Of a stretch of DNA of 64,000 nt, positions 20,827 to 31,549 are shown one piece after another. Position numbers and translations under genes: made by a program. How positions within the stretch are numbered: position 1 is the stretch's first letter; each line of letters starts with the position of its first letter. This stretch comes from Nitrospirota bacterium (lineage in GTDB: Bacteria > Nitrospirota > UBA9217): assembly GCA_963796285.1 (NCBI GenBank), contig CAWCKW010000012.1, positions 384,001 to 448,000 on the forward strand. The letters run 5' to 3'. The notes beneath the pieces were generated by a model, which was not told the origin of the DNA, searched no databases, and saw only the letters and a list, made by a program, of their open reading frames with translations.

Positions 20827-21729
20827 ATGAAACTCGGTTATATCGGCCTGGGGAAAATGGGAGCCAACATGGTAGAACGGTTCCTGGAAAAAGGTTACGA
20901 GGTCGTGGCGTACGACCGGAACGAGGATGCGGTCAAGGTTGCGAAGAATAAGGGGGCGCAGACCGCTGATACACTGGCTGTGCTCATCGCTGCACTGCCG
21001 TTGCCGCGTCTGGTATGGATCATGGTGCCTTATCACGCCGTCGACGCGGTATTAAAGGAGCTTACCCCGCTTCTTGCGATGGGTGATGTTGTGGTCGATG
21101 GAGGCAATTCACCCTATAAGGAATCGATCCGTCGGGCAAAGGAACTGGAAGCCTGGGGCATAGACTTCCTCGATGTCGGTGTGAGCGGCGGCCCCGCAGG
21201 GGCGAGAAATGGCGCCTGCATCATGGTCGGCGGTAAGAAAGACGTGTTCCAGAAGTTCGAGACAGTGTTCCGGGATCTTTCCGTTCCCGATGGATATGGA
21301 TTCATGGGCAGGTCCGGTGCAGGTCATTTTGTGAAAATGGTCCATAACGGGATCGAGTACGGCATGATGCAGGCGCTGGCAGAGGGCTTCTCGGTCATGA
21401 AGGCATCGGATTTTAGGCTTGATCTCACAAAGATCACGGACGTGTATAATCATAAGAGCGTGATCGAATCGCGGCTCGTGGGTTGGCTGCAGAGTGCCTT
21501 TGCACAATATGGTGAAGACCTCAAGGACATCACGGGCTCGGCTGCCCAGAGCGGGGAAGGGATGTGGACTGTTCAAGCAGGGAAAGAGCTTGGTATTCCA
21601 ACGCCGATCATCCAGGCAGCCCTCGACTTCCGCATCCAATCCCTAAAGAACCCGAGCTATACAGGAAAACTTATCTCTGCGATGCGGAACCAGTTCGGCG
21701 GTCACGAGGTGAAAGAGAAAAAGTCATAA
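20827..21729 (+). CDS. gnd: 6-phosphogluconate dehydrogenase, short (GntZ-type)
   Basis: GLGKMG, DGGNS, GVSGG, GHFVKMVHNGIEYG, SGEGMWTV, MRNQFGGH. Confidence 0.93.
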   Translation: MKLGYIGLGKMGANMVERFLEKGYEVVAYDRNEDAVKVAKNKGAQTADTLAVLIAALPLPRLVWIMVPYHAVDAVLKELTPLLAMGDVVVDGGNSPYKESIRRAKELEAWGIDFLDVGVSGGPAGARNGACIMVGGKKDVFQKFETVFRDLSVPDGYGFMGRSGAGHFVKMVHNGIEYGMMQALAEGFSVMKASDFRLDLTKITDVYNHKSVIESRLVGWLQSAFAQYGEDLKDITGSAAQSGEGMWTVQAGKELGIPTPIIQAALDFRIQSLKNPSYTGKLISAMRNQFGGHEVKEKKS

Positions 21730-21732
21730 TCT

Positions 21733-21802
21733 ACCGCCGAGACGCGGAGAAATGCAAATCGAAAATAATAAGATTTTTTCTGCGCCTCCGCGTCTCAGCG
21801 GT
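21733..21802. repeat. Intergenic inverted repeat (17-bp arms, one mismatch)
   Basis: ACCGCCGAGACGCGGAG ... CTCCGCGTCTCAGCGGT. Confidence 0.8.
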
Positions 21803-21847
21803 TAAACTTTATTTATTAAAGGCCTATCATCTTCAAGGAGAACGTCA

Positions 21848-23680
21848 ATGACAGATATTCACAAATTAGAGAAACTCGCGAAACTGGTCCGCTACTGGAG
21901 CCTGGTCTCGACAACGGAAGCAGGTTCCGGACATCCTACCTCGTCCCTTTCTGCTGCTGATCTGATGATCGGCTTGATGTTCGGCGGCGCGTTCCGGTTC
22001 AATGCGGACCAGCCGAAGCACCCGAACAATGACCGGCTTATCTTTTCCAAGGGCCATGCATCGCCTCTCTTTTACGCTCTCTGGCTTGCCGCCGGGAAGG
22101 TGACGGAACAGGAGATGATGACCCTGCGAAAATTCGGCAGCCCCCTGGAAGGCCATCCTACGCCGGCATTCACCTATACCGAAGCGGCAACAGGCTCGCT
22201 CGGACAGGGGCTTTCGATCGGCGTGGGCATGGCCCTGAACGCAAAGTATCTGGACAGGCTTCCCTACCGCACCTATGTGCTCCTGGGCGACAGCGAGATG
22301 GCCGAAGGGTCCCAATGGGAGGCCATGGAGATCGCCGCATATTACAAGCTGGACAACCTTGTCGGCGTCATCGACGTGAACCGGCTCGGACAGCGCGGGG
22401 AGACCATGTATGGCTACGATCTGGATGTCTATAAGAAAAAAGCAGCCGCCTTCGGATGGGAGCCGATCGTGATCGACGGACACCATTTACCGCAGATCCT
22501 TACGGCCTATGAACAGGCAGGCCGGGTCCGTGACAAGCCGGTCATGATCATCGCAAAAACCGAAAAAGGCAAGGGCGTATCGTTCATTGAGGATAAGAAC
22601 GGATGGCACGGCAAGGCGCTCAAAAAGGATGAACTCGTTCGCGCGCTCGAAGAGCTCGGCCCGTTCGATCTAACGGTCCGCGGCGAGATGCAGAGACCTG
22701 AGAACATCAAGCCAGAGGACCGAAAGGCAGAGAAGGCCAAACCGCTGTCGTATGGCGGAGACAAGCCAATGTCCACGAGGCACGCCTACGGCACGGCGCT
22801 CGAGCGGCTTTATCCCCAGTACCCGGATATCGTTGTGCTTGATGCTGAAGTCAGCAACTCGACCTTTGCCGAGATCTTCAAAAAAAGCCATCCAGACCGT
22901 TTTTTTGAGATGTATATTGCCGAGCAGAACATGGTGGGCGCGGGTCTGGGTCTCTCTCTCCGGGGAAAGGTCCCCTTTGTCTCTACCTTCGCTGCGTTTC
23001 TGACACGTGCCTTTGACCAGATACGGATGAGCCAGTACTCTGATGCAAACCTCAAGTTCTGCGGATCCCACGCCGGCGTTTCCATCGGCGTCGATGGATC
23101 TTCGCAGATGGGGCTTGAGGACATCGCCATGTTCAGGACCATCCTGCACGGCGTGGTCCTCTATCCCTCGGATGCCGTATCTGCGGAGAAACTGGTGGAG
23201 GAGGCGGCACGGCACAAGGGGATCGTCTATATTCGTACGACGCGTGAGGACACGCCGATCATTTACCGGAACGATGAGGTGTTCCGCATCGGCGGCAGCA
23301 AGGTACTGAAGAGGAGCGTGAAAGACGTTGCCACGGTGGTCGCTGCAGGCATCACGCTCCATGAAGCCCTCGCCGCATATGAGGAATTGAAGAAGGACGG
23401 CATCTTCATCGGCGTGCTCGACCTGTACAGCATCAAGCCGATCGATGTTCAGACACTCACCGGGGCCGCGCATGACACGAAGAGGATCATAACCGTGGAA
23501 GACCATTTCGCTGAAGGCGGGATCGGTGAAGCGGTCAGGAGTGCGCTGGCCGGGGTTACCGTGTCCATTCATTCCCTGGCAGTGCGAAAGACGCCGAAGA
23601 GCGGGCAGCCGAAGGAGCTTCTTGACTATGAAGAGATATCGAGTAAGGCCATTATAAAAAAAGTAAAGGAGATCTTATGA
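21848..23680 (+). CDS. tkt: Transketolase
   Basis: GSGHPTSSLS, SKGHA, LEGHP, GSLGQG, GDSEMAEG (ThDP motif), IAEQNMV, TFAAF, VEDH. Confidence 0.95.
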   Translation: MTDIHKLEKLAKLVRYWSLVSTTEAGSGHPTSSLSAADLMIGLMFGGAFRFNADQPKHPNNDRLIFSKGHASPLFYALWLAAGKVTEQEMMTLRKFGSPLEGHPTPAFTYTEAATGSLGQGLSIGVGMALNAKYLDRLPYRTYVLLGDSEMAEGSQWEAMEIAAYYKLDNLVGVIDVNRLGQRGETMYGYDLDVYKKKAAAFGWEPIVIDGHHLPQILTAYEQAGRVRDKPVMIIAKTEKGKGVSFIEDKNGWHGKALKKDELVRALEELGPFDLTVRGEMQRPENIKPEDRKAEKAKPLSYGGDKPMSTRHAYGTALERLYPQYPDIVVLDAEVSNSTFAEIFKKSHPDRFFEMYIAEQNMVGAGLGLSLRGKVPFVSTFAAFLTRAFDQIRMSQYSDANLKFCGSHAGVSIGVDGSSQMGLEDIAMFRTILHGVVLYPSDAVSAEKLVEEAARHKGIVYIRTTREDTPIIYRNDEVFRIGGSKVLKRSVKDVATVVAAGITLHEALAAYEELKKDGIFIGVLDLYSIKPIDVQTLTGAAHDTKRIITVEDHFAEGGIGEAVRSALAGVTVSIHSLAVRKTPKSGQPKELLDYEEISSKAIIKKVKEIL

Positions 23681-24540
23681 GACCAGCCAACCTGAAAACA
23701 AGGATCTTTCTGGACGGCGGGAATCCCGAGGATACAAAGGCCGTGCTGAAGCAGATCGGGTTCCTTGACGGACAAACGACCAACCCGACACTGATAGCGA
23801 AAAACCCGGAGGCACGGAAGCGGCTTGAGCAGGGGAGCAAATTCAGCAAGGAGGAGATATTCACCTTTTATCACGGTGTCATCAATACTATATCCGATCT
23901 CCTGCCGCAGGGTTCAGTCTCCATCGAGGTCTATGCCGATGCCGCCACATCTGCCGGGGAAATGCTGAAGCAGGGCAAGGAGATGTTCACCTGGATCCCG
24001 AATGCGCACATCAAGTTCCCCACATCGCGGGAAGGCTTGAAGGCTGCACAGCAGGCTGTCAAGGCAGGCCTTCGGGTGAATATGACGCTGGCATTCTCCC
24101 AGGAACAGGCCGCTGCCGTGTATGCGGCAACCCAGGGCGCGCAAAAAGGGCAGGTCTTCCTCTCCCCATTCATCGGCAGGCTGGACGACCGCGGAGAGAA
24201 CGGCATGGACGTCATCGCCAATATCATCAGGATGTATCGGAAGGGAGATGGTCACGTGGAGGTGCTGACCGCGAGCGTCAGGAGTTTCGACCATTTCCTG
24301 TATACGCTCAAGCTCGGCTCCGACATCATTACCGCGCCGTTTGAATTGATCAAGATGTGGGGGGAGAAGGGGCTGCCTATCCCCGGCAATGAATACCACT
24401 ATGACACGAAAGCACTGAAGGCGATCCCGTATCTCGATCTCGATCTCTCGCATCCCTGGGAATCCTATGACATCCACCACGACCTGACGGACAAGGGCAT
24501 GGAAAAATTCTCCGCGGACTGGAATGCCCTGATACAATGA
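23677..24540 (+). CDS. tal: Transaldolase family protein
   Basis: IFLD, TTNPTL, HIKFP (Schiff-base Lys), VNMTL, SPFIGRLDD, ASVR. Confidence 0.88.
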   Translation: MRPANLKTRIFLDGGNPEDTKAVLKQIGFLDGQTTNPTLIAKNPEARKRLEQGSKFSKEEIFTFYHGVINTISDLLPQGSVSIEVYADAATSAGEMLKQGKEMFTWIPNAHIKFPTSREGLKAAQQAVKAGLRVNMTLAFSQEQAAAVYAATQGAQKGQVFLSPFIGRLDDRGENGMDVIANIIRMYRKGDGHVEVLTASVRSFDHFLYTLKLGSDIITAPFELIKMWGEKGLPIPGNEYHYDTKALKAIPYLDLDLSHPWESYDIHHDLTDKGMEKFSADWNALIQ

Positions 24541-26072
24541 CCATGGACAAAGCGACCCCACTCTATAGAACGGTGAACAGCTGTGAGATCGAGGTCCCGA
24601 AACCCTGCGGACTGGTGATCTTCGGGGCCTCCGGAGACCTGACGAAGAGAAAACTGATGCCTGCACTGTATCATCTCTTCGCCAGCGGGATGCTTCCGGA
24701 ACAGTTCTTCATTCTTGGGACCGGACGGCGTGAGCTGGGAACGGACCAGTTTCGAGCGACCATGCTCACGGCGGTGAAAGAGTCGACGCCCAAAGACTTC
24801 AGCCAGAAGACCTGGGACGGGTTTTCCTCACGGCTGTTTCATGCGGCCTTCGATTACAGTGATCCGGCTGCCTATGGAACTGCTCTTCACGACAGGCTTT
24901 CGGTGCTTGAGCGCCAGCACCGGACGGAGGGTTCGCGCATCTTCTATCTGGCCGTGCCTCCCGCCATCTACGAAGACATCATCCGGAACCTTGGCACAGC
25001 AGGACTTGCGCAAGAAGAAACAGGGAGCAGCAGGATAGTGATCGAGAAACCCTTTGGTCGGGACCTTGACTCCGCGCGCCATTTGAACCGGGTCCTCCTT
25101 GAACATTTTCAGGAACGCCAGATATACCGCATCGACCATTATCTGGCGAAAGAAACGGTCCAGAACATCCTGATGTTCCGGTTCGCCAATTCCATCTTCG
25201 AGCCGCTCTGGAACAGGCGGTACATCGACCACATCCAGATAACCGCTGCAGAGACGCTTGGCGTGGAGCATCGGGCCGGATATTACGAGCAAGCCGGTGT
25301 GCTGCGGGACATGTTCCAGAACCATATGTTCCAACTGCTTGCCATCATCGCGATGGAACCACCCCCGGCCTTCGAAGCTGACATGATCCGCGACGAGAAG
25401 GTTAAGGTGTTCCGTTCCATCCGTTCGTTCCCGCTCGATCGCCTGAACGAACAGGTAGTCATCGGACAATACGATAAAGGCATGACCCTGGGATCGCCGG
25501 TCAACGGGTATCGTGAGGAAGAAGGGGTATCCGCTCGCTCCATTACCCCCACGTTCGCCGCAATGAAGGTGTTCATCGACAACTGGCGATGGAATGGGGT
25601 TCCCTTCTATCTCAGGTCAGGCAAGCGGCTTGCTGTCAGAAAAACGGAAATCGCGATTCATTACAAGAGCGTTCCGCACTCCATGTTCCCCGAGACCGTC
25701 GGCGGTCCCATCGATCCGAACACCCTCGTACTGCGGGTACAGCCTGAAGAGGGAATGGGCCTGACATATCAGACTAAAATGCCGGGATCGAAGGTCTGCC
25801 TCAATCCCGTGGTGATGGACTATGTATATCCCCCGGGAATGGAACTGGATGCTTACGAATGGGTTTTGCTCGACTGCATGATCGGGGACCATATGCTGTT
25901 CACGAGGCAGGATGGAGTGGAGCAGATGTGGTCCGTGCTTACGCCGGTGATCGAACAGCTCGAGACCAAATTATCGGCAAAGGACATTCCTCAATATGCA
26001 GCTGGATCGGCCGGACCAGCAGAGGCAATGCGGTTGATCGAAAAGGACAACCGCGCATGGAGGCCGTTGTGA
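24537..26072 (+). CDS. zwf: Glucose-6-phosphate 1-dehydrogenase
   Basis: GASGDL, IEKPFG, RIDHYLAKE, RDMFQNH, WNGVPFYLRSGK. Confidence 0.96.
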   Translation: MTMDKATPLYRTVNSCEIEVPKPCGLVIFGASGDLTKRKLMPALYHLFASGMLPEQFFILGTGRRELGTDQFRATMLTAVKESTPKDFSQKTWDGFSSRLFHAAFDYSDPAAYGTALHDRLSVLERQHRTEGSRIFYLAVPPAIYEDIIRNLGTAGLAQEETGSSRIVIEKPFGRDLDSARHLNRVLLEHFQERQIYRIDHYLAKETVQNILMFRFANSIFEPLWNRRYIDHIQITAAETLGVEHRAGYYEQAGVLRDMFQNHMFQLLAIIAMEPPPAFEADMIRDEKVKVFRSIRSFPLDRLNEQVVIGQYDKGMTLGSPVNGYREEEGVSARSITPTFAAMKVFIDNWRWNGVPFYLRSGKRLAVRKTEIAIHYKSVPHSMFPETVGGPIDPNTLVLRVQPEEGMGLTYQTKMPGSKVCLNPVVMDYVYPPGMELDAYEWVLLDCMIGDHMLFTRQDGVEQMWSVLTPVIEQLETKLSAKDIPQYAAGSAGPAEAMRLIEKDNRAWRPL

Positions 26073-26807
26073 CCTACGGGCTCCACGCGCAGGTCTCGAT
26101 ATATTCTGACCAAGAAACACTCAGCCATGCAGCGGCAGAACGATTTGTTTCCCTCTCTCATGCCGCGATCATCTCGCGCGGGAGGTTTGCCACAGCCCTT
26201 TCCGGCGGGTCCACACCCCGCCGCCTCTATTCGCTCCTCGGCACGCAGGTGTACCGTGATTCCATAGATTGGAAGAGGGTCCATGTCTTCTGGGCTGATG
26301 AACGGTGCGTCGCTCCATCGCACGAGGACAGCAATTACAAACTTGCTGCTGACACGTTCTTGTCAAAAGCCGCTGTGCCGGGTGAGAATATTCATCGGAT
26401 ACGCGGCGAGGAAGGACCCGATATCGCTGCTGCGAAGTATCGGGAAGAACTGCGTAGATATTTCGTCGGTTTCCAAAAACCGGTCTTCGATCTTGTGCTC
26501 CTTGGCGCGGGTGTCGATGGCCATACCGCATCGCTCTTCCCGGGATCGCCATTGCTCCAGGAGAGGTCAAGAGAGGTCGTCCCGGTATACCTGGAGAAGC
26601 CCGCGGTCAGCCGTGTATACCCTTACGCTCCCGGTGTTGAACCAGGCGGCCCATGTACTCTTTCTGGTCTCCGGCGAGGACAAGGCGGATATCGTATACG
26701 AAGTCCTGAAATCCGATAATCAGAAACAATACCCGGCAGGCTTAGTACGGCCTATCGATGGGATACTTTCCTGGTTTCTCGATAAAGCTGCGACTGCAAG
26801 GATCTGA
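26069..26807 (+). CDS. pgl: 6-phosphogluconolactonase, +1 frameshift near 26618
   Basis: ALSGGSTP, FWADER, DGHTASLFP, then TLTLPVLN...SGEDKA...WFLD in the next frame. Confidence 0.9.
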
Positions 26808-27026
26808 TTATCAGAACAACCATAGACCGCTCAGTTGTTATGATCGGGAGCAGTAAACACTGTACACCACAGAACACAGAGGACTCTGAGAGGGGACTTC
26901 TTTGCAATAAAAAACGAACTTCTTGCACATTCTCTCGGATCTCTACATACTGCGGCATAAGTGTGCTCTTCGTTGTCTTTCGGATTTGATCCGCCTAAGG
27001 GTGTTTCAATGGACCTGAATTAATCC

Positions 27027-27311
27027 CTATTTGATCTTCTTTATGAATGCTTCAACGGGAATGGCGGGGAGCGTCGTCATCTGGACCGACCCGCGCGCGC
27101 CGATCTCGACGGACATCTTCATGACCGTCTCGTTGTCCGGCGCCTCTACGATGTTCACAAAGTCATAGGAACCAAGGAGTGCGTATTGTTTGTGGATCTT
27201 TACGCCCATGGCTTCGATCTCCTTGTTCACTTCAATGATCCGTTCCGGTTTCTGCTTGATGGTCCTGCGGCCTTCATCCGTTAAGTTGCTCAAGATCACA
27301 TAGTACGGCAT
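27027..27311 (-). CDS. GYD domain-containing protein
   Basis: TDEG, LGSYDFV, GARGSV; RBS AGGAGG. Confidence 0.88.
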   Translation of the reverse strand: MPYYVILSNLTDEGRRTIKQKPERIIEVNKEIEAMGVKIHKQYALLGSYDFVNIVEAPDNETVMKMSVEIGARGSVQMTTLPAIPVEAFIKKIK

Positions 27312-27560
27312 TGTTTGTTCCTCCTTTAAAAGGGAATCGAAGAATAAACTGCAAGTCTTTGGACATATGGAGTTTCAAAGAACTTATATTCTATTATAGC
27401 TTTTTTTCAGATTCTGTGTGATCAACGACTTAGGTTATATAAGGCCGTTATGATTTCTCTACATCGCAGCGGCATTTCCTGAAAATGCTTTGTAACGATA
27501 AACAGAATAGATGTTATGGACAGTTGTCATTAAGGATAGAAATCTCATTTCCAATTTATC

Positions 27561-27589
27561 TTGATTTCCGGCAGCGCATATGTTATAGA
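27561..27589 (+). promoter_or_regulatory. Putative sigma70 promoter upstream of the cooT leader
   Basis: TTGATT-17 nt-TATAGA with extended -10 TG. Confidence 0.45.
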
Positions 27590-27797
27590 GTACATAGTGT
27601 TAATCACTGGTGATACTGTTCTATGAAACAGGAAACGAACAAAACGAGAAAACAGCGGCATTCCACCAGCGGGCAGGCATCGAAGCCTGCATGCGGTACT
27701 CTGTCATACATCGCTGAGTGCCGGGGAGCCCAGCAGAAAAGTGGTTCGATCCGATGGGCAGCGCCACCTGACAGCATCGATAAGATGGTAAGAAAAT

Positions 27798-27834
27798 AAC
27801 CCGCCGTGATTAAGAACGGCGGGTTTGTTGTTTT
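27798..27834 (+). terminator. Intrinsic terminator-like hairpin upstream of cooT
   Basis: Perfect 10-bp stem AACCCGCCGT/ACGGCGGGTT followed by TGTTGTTTT. Confidence 0.7.
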
Positions 27835-27868
27835 CAAACGTTTGTTAATACGGAAAGGTGCGCTTACG

Positions 27869-28057
27869 ATGTGCGATCTGAAGGCTTACGTGAAAAAACA
27901 GGGGACCGAGGAGCTGCTCCTTGAGTCAGTAAATAACATCCGCGTTGAAAACGGCGAAGTGGTGGTTCGTAACCTGTTCGGCGAGGAGAAAAGACTGCGT
28001 GGAGTGGTGAGTGAGGTCTCTCTGACCAGAAACCGAGTTGTTGTGGAGCAGAGTTGA
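27869..28057 (+). CDS. cooT: CooT family nickel-binding protein
   Basis: 62 aa, MCDLKAY...LLLESV...NLFGEEK pattern with Cys2; RBS AAAGG. Confidence 0.8.
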   Translation: MCDLKAYVKKQGTEELLLESVNNIRVENGEVVVRNLFGEEKRLRGVVSEVSLTRNRVVVEQS

Positions 28058-28069
28058 TCTAATCCATTC

Positions 28070-29077
28070 CTAAACAGTTGAGAAAAGAACAGGATCACGC
28101 CTCCTAACGCTTTCCCCCGTTACAATGCGGAGTGTCCGAACTCCGAACTCCTTTTTGAGAAGCTCGATATTAGAGCGATGCTGGCCGATCGCGGCAGAGA
28201 GGTCTTTGGGGTTTACCTGAAGTGTTACCTTCTCCGTTATTCCTTCACTGGTGCGTAAGGCAGAGCGCATGTTATCCAATAAGATCGAGGATTCCACCAG
28301 TTGTCTGAAGGCAGGATGATATGGCCCGGCTATGATCGTGCCAGGTCTTTCAAGTTCTGCTGATGGCTGTAGTCCGATCCTTATAACGTCTATCCCCGCC
28401 CGTTCGAACATTTCAAGAGCTTCCCGGCACAACGCAACAGCATCATCAAGCGAGAGCGGCATATAGCGACCTGATCTGTACAAGTCTTCAAGCGGCGTGT
28501 CTTTGATCACGAGTGTTGGATAGATCCTGACAAAATCAGGCTTGAGTTCAACGACCGCATCAACCGTTTTTATGAATGTTTCAGCGGAATCACCGGGCAA
28601 ACCGGGCATCAACTGAAGGCCGATGAAGAAACCGTATTTTCTAAGCCGGGTTACGGCATTCATCGTATCGTTTGCCGTGTGCCCCCGGCCAGAGCGTTGA
28701 AGAACGACATCATCCATGGACTGGACGCCGAGTTCCACGGTATTGGCATGATATTCATGTAACATCGAAAGGATATCGTCCGTAATACAATCCGGTCGAG
28801 TGGAGAGACGAATGTTCTCAATTTGACCTGAGCGGAGGAAGGGCTGGACAGCCGCGAGATATTCCTTCTGGAGATCAAGCGGTAACGCAGTAAAGCTCCC
28901 GCCGTAAAATGCCACGCGCGCGGTTTTATCTGATGTATTGATGGCCAGGTATTCCTTGATCTTCTGAGGCAATACCACCGGATCCACCGGCTTCATGTGG
29001 CCGGTAATATTCTTCTGGTTGCAGAATATACACTGGTGTGGGCAGCCGGAATGGGGGATAAAAAAAGGTATGATCAT
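28070..29077 (-). CDS. Radical SAM protein (Elp3/HemN-like, rnc-associated)
   Basis: IPHSGCPHQCIFCNQ, FYGGSFT, STRPD, ELGVQS, AGPYHPAF. Confidence 0.9.
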   Translation of the reverse strand: MIIPFFIPHSGCPHQCIFCNQKNITGHMKPVDPVVLPQKIKEYLAINTSDKTARVAFYGGSFTALPLDLQKEYLAAVQPFLRSGQIENIRLSTRPDCITDDILSMLHEYHANTVELGVQSMDDVVLQRSGRGHTANDTMNAVTRLRKYGFFIGLQLMPGLPGDSAETFIKTVDAVVELKPDFVRIYPTLVIKDTPLEDLYRSGRYMPLSLDDAVALCREALEMFERAGIDVIRIGLQPSAELERPGTIIAGPYHPAFRQLVESSILLDNMRSALRTSEGITEKVTLQVNPKDLSAAIGQHRSNIELLKKEFGVRTLRIVTGESVRRRDPVLFSTV

Positions 29078-29156
29078 AATATCAGTGGACGGGGTCCATT
29101 AAGGGGCAGGCAGGGATGGAGAAAAACATATTCACTGGTATTCGCCCGTAAGCTGC

Positions 29157-29842
29157 CTATGGCATCCTGAGTTTTTCCAGCGCTTCCCTGGCCGCTCCTT
29201 GTTCTGCTTCCTTTTTGCTCTTGCCTATCCCGCGGCCGGAAAGGTGCCCCTTGATCCATACTTCCATGTTGAACTGTTTCCGATGGTCAGGGCCTGTCTC
29301 GGAAACAATGCGGTAATCCGGAAGCTGTTTGAGGCGTTCCTGGCAGAGCTCCTGAAGCTCCGTCTTATAATCAAGAGATCCGCCCGATGTGCAGGTCTTC
29401 CTGATCATGCTTCGAAGACGCGGATAACGAATGCCTCAGCTGCGTCTATGCCCGCATCAAGGTATACGGATGCAATGAGGGCCTCAAGGCAATCTGCCAG
29501 GAGCGAATCCTTGTTCCTTCCGCCGGTTTGATCTTCTCCTTTTCCGAGCAGGAGATAGTCACCGAGACCGATCCCGCGGGAAACGGCGGCGAGGGCAGGT
29601 TCACTCACGATTGCTGCACGGAATCTCGAGAGGTCGCCCTCCGTCGAATCAGGGCAGGCCTTCATCAGATATTCGCTCACGACGAGGCTGAGGACGGCAT
29701 CGCCGAGGAACTCCATCCGTTCATTGTGATAGGGCACCCTGTTTTCGTTCGCATAGGACTTGTGCGTGAGCGCGCGCTCGAGGAGTTCCACGTCCTGGAA
29801 GGTATAGGCGATCCGCTGCTGGATGTCCGAGAGGGGAGGCAT
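29157..29842 (-). CDS. rnc: Ribonuclease III, -1 frameshift near 29407
   Basis: ALTHKSY, NERMEFLGDAVL, ADCLEALI, then dsRBD DYKTELQE...GPDH...SKKEAEQ in another frame. Confidence 0.92.
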
Positions 29843-29843
29843 C

Positions 29844-31085
29844 TTACTTCCGGAATCTGCGGAAGACCAGGCAGGCGTTCGTACCGCCGAATCCAAAGGA
29901 GTTGGACATGACTATGTCTACCTGCAGGTGTCTCGCTTTATTCGGGACGTAGTCCAGGTCACATTCAGGGTCCGGGTTCTCAAGATTGATCGTTGGAGGA
30001 AGGATCCCGCGTTCCAGTGCAAGAACGGAGATCACGGCTTCCACGCCCCCTGCTGCGCCCAGCAGATGGCCGGTCATGGATTTTGTGGAGCTTATCGGTA
30101 TTTTATAAGCAGTGTCGCCAAACACGGTCTTAATTGCCATGGTCTCGAGCTCGTCGCCGTACTTGGTCGAGGTGCCATGAGCGTTGATGTAGCCCACATC
30201 AGCCGGGTTGATGCCGGCGTCCTTGATGGCCATCTTCATACACCGGGCCGCTCCTTCACCATTCGGTGCTGGTGAGGTGATATGGTAAGCGTCTCCGGAC
30301 ATACCATAGCCGATCACCTCGGCGTAGATATGCGCCCCACGTTTTTTCGCGAATTCCAGTTCCTCGATGACAAGCAGTCCCGACCCCTCACCCATGATGA
30401 AGCCGTCACGCTCCGCGTCAAACGGACGACTAGCGCGCTCGGGCTCGCTGTTCCGGGTCGAGAGGGCCTTCATAGCGTTGAACCCGCCGACCCCGAGAGG
30501 GCAGATGCACGACTCGCTGCCACCGGCGATCATGGCATCGGCATCGCCGCGCTGGATGATCTTGAAGGCGTCGCCGATAGAGTGTGTGCCCGTGGCACAG
30601 GCAGTGACGACGCATGAGTTCGGGCCTTTCGCGCCGAAGCGCATGGAGATATGCCCGGCCATCTCATTAATGATAGACATGGGAATGAAAAAGGGTGTGA
30701 TCCGACGGTAACCCTTTTCCATGTATGCACGGTATGTTCGCTCGATCGCGGGGAGGCCGCCGATGCCGGCGCCGACCGTGACGCCCACGCGCTCGGCATT
30801 CTCGGGCGTCACGATGAGCCTTGAGCTGTCCATCGTCATTTGGCTCGCAGCGATCCCGAGATGAATGAACCGATCCATCTTCTTGATCTCTTTGGCCTCG
30901 ATGTATTGGGCCGGATCGAACCCCTTAACCTCACCCGCGATCTGCGTGGGGATGGTCTTGTCATCGAACTGCGTGATGGGGCCTATGCCTGACCTGCCGT
31001 TGATCAAGCCGTCCCAGCTCTTTTCCGTATCCAGGCCGACCGGGGTGATCATTCCGATGCCGGTGATGACAACTCTTCTTTTCAA
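29844..31085 (-). CDS. fabF: 3-oxoacyl-ACP synthase II
   Basis: [37 protein letters not shown]; TTG start after GGAGG. Confidence 0.96.
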   Translation of the reverse strand: MKRRVVITGIGMITPVGLDTEKSWDGLINGRSGIGPITQFDDKTIPTQIAGEVKGFDPAQYIEAKEIKKMDRFIHLGIAASQMTMDSSRLIVTPENAERVGVTVGAGIGGLPAIERTYRAYMEKGYRRITPFFIPMSIINEMAGHISMRFGAKGPNSCVVTACATGTHSIGDAFKIIQRGDADAMIAGGSESCICPLGVGGFNAMKALSTRNSEPERASRPFDAERDGFIMGEGSGLLVIEELEFAKKRGAHIYAEVIGYGMSGDAYHITSPAPNGEGAARCMKMAIKDAGINPADVGYINAHGTSTKYGDELETMAIKTVFGDTAYKIPISSTKSMTGHLLGAAGGVEAVISVLALERGILPPTINLENPDPECDLDYVPNKARHLQVDIVMSNSFGFGGTNACLVFRRFRK

Positions 31086-31221
31086 AAAAAATCCCTCCTG
31101 CACACACTCCGTTAGAGAACAACGCTCCATCGGAGGCTATCTTGCTATTGTATATCACAAACCCGTCTGCATGATGAACGACGCTGAAAAGAGTCCGGAC
31201 TTTTTCTACCGGAGTAAAAAA

Positions 31222-31279
31222 TCCGAAAAGCCAAAAAACCCGCTCTCGTGGCTGCGATAGCGGTCTTCTGGCTTTTGGA
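31222..31279 (-). terminator. Long hairpin between acpP and fabF (terminator or processing site)
   Basis: Minus strand AAAAGCCAGAAGACCGCU...AGCGGGUUUUUUGGCUUUU; G-U pairs form only on this strand. Confidence 0.6.
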
Positions 31280-31312
31280 ATTTCATGAAACGGATCGGAT
31301 ATTATCTATTAA

Positions 31313-31549
31313 TTACTTTGCTTTTGCCGTGATATAGTCGATCGCGTTTTGCACGGTCGCTATCTTCTCGGCATCTTCATCCGGGATTTCCACGCCGAAT
31401 TCCTCTTCGAGCGCCATGACGAGCTCCACTGTGTCGAGTGAATCAGCACCGAGATCGTTCACGAAAGACGCTTCGGGTTTTACATCCGCTTCCGGTACGC
31501 CGAGCTGCTCGGAAATGATCTTTTTTACTTTTGCCACTATATCTGCCAT
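31313..31549 (-). CDS. acpP: Acyl carrier protein
   Basis: [20 protein letters not shown]. Confidence 0.97.
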   Translation of the reverse strand: MADIVAKVKKIISEQLGVPEADVKPEASFVNDLGADSLDTVELVMALEEEFGVEIPDEDAEKIATVQNAIDYITAKAK

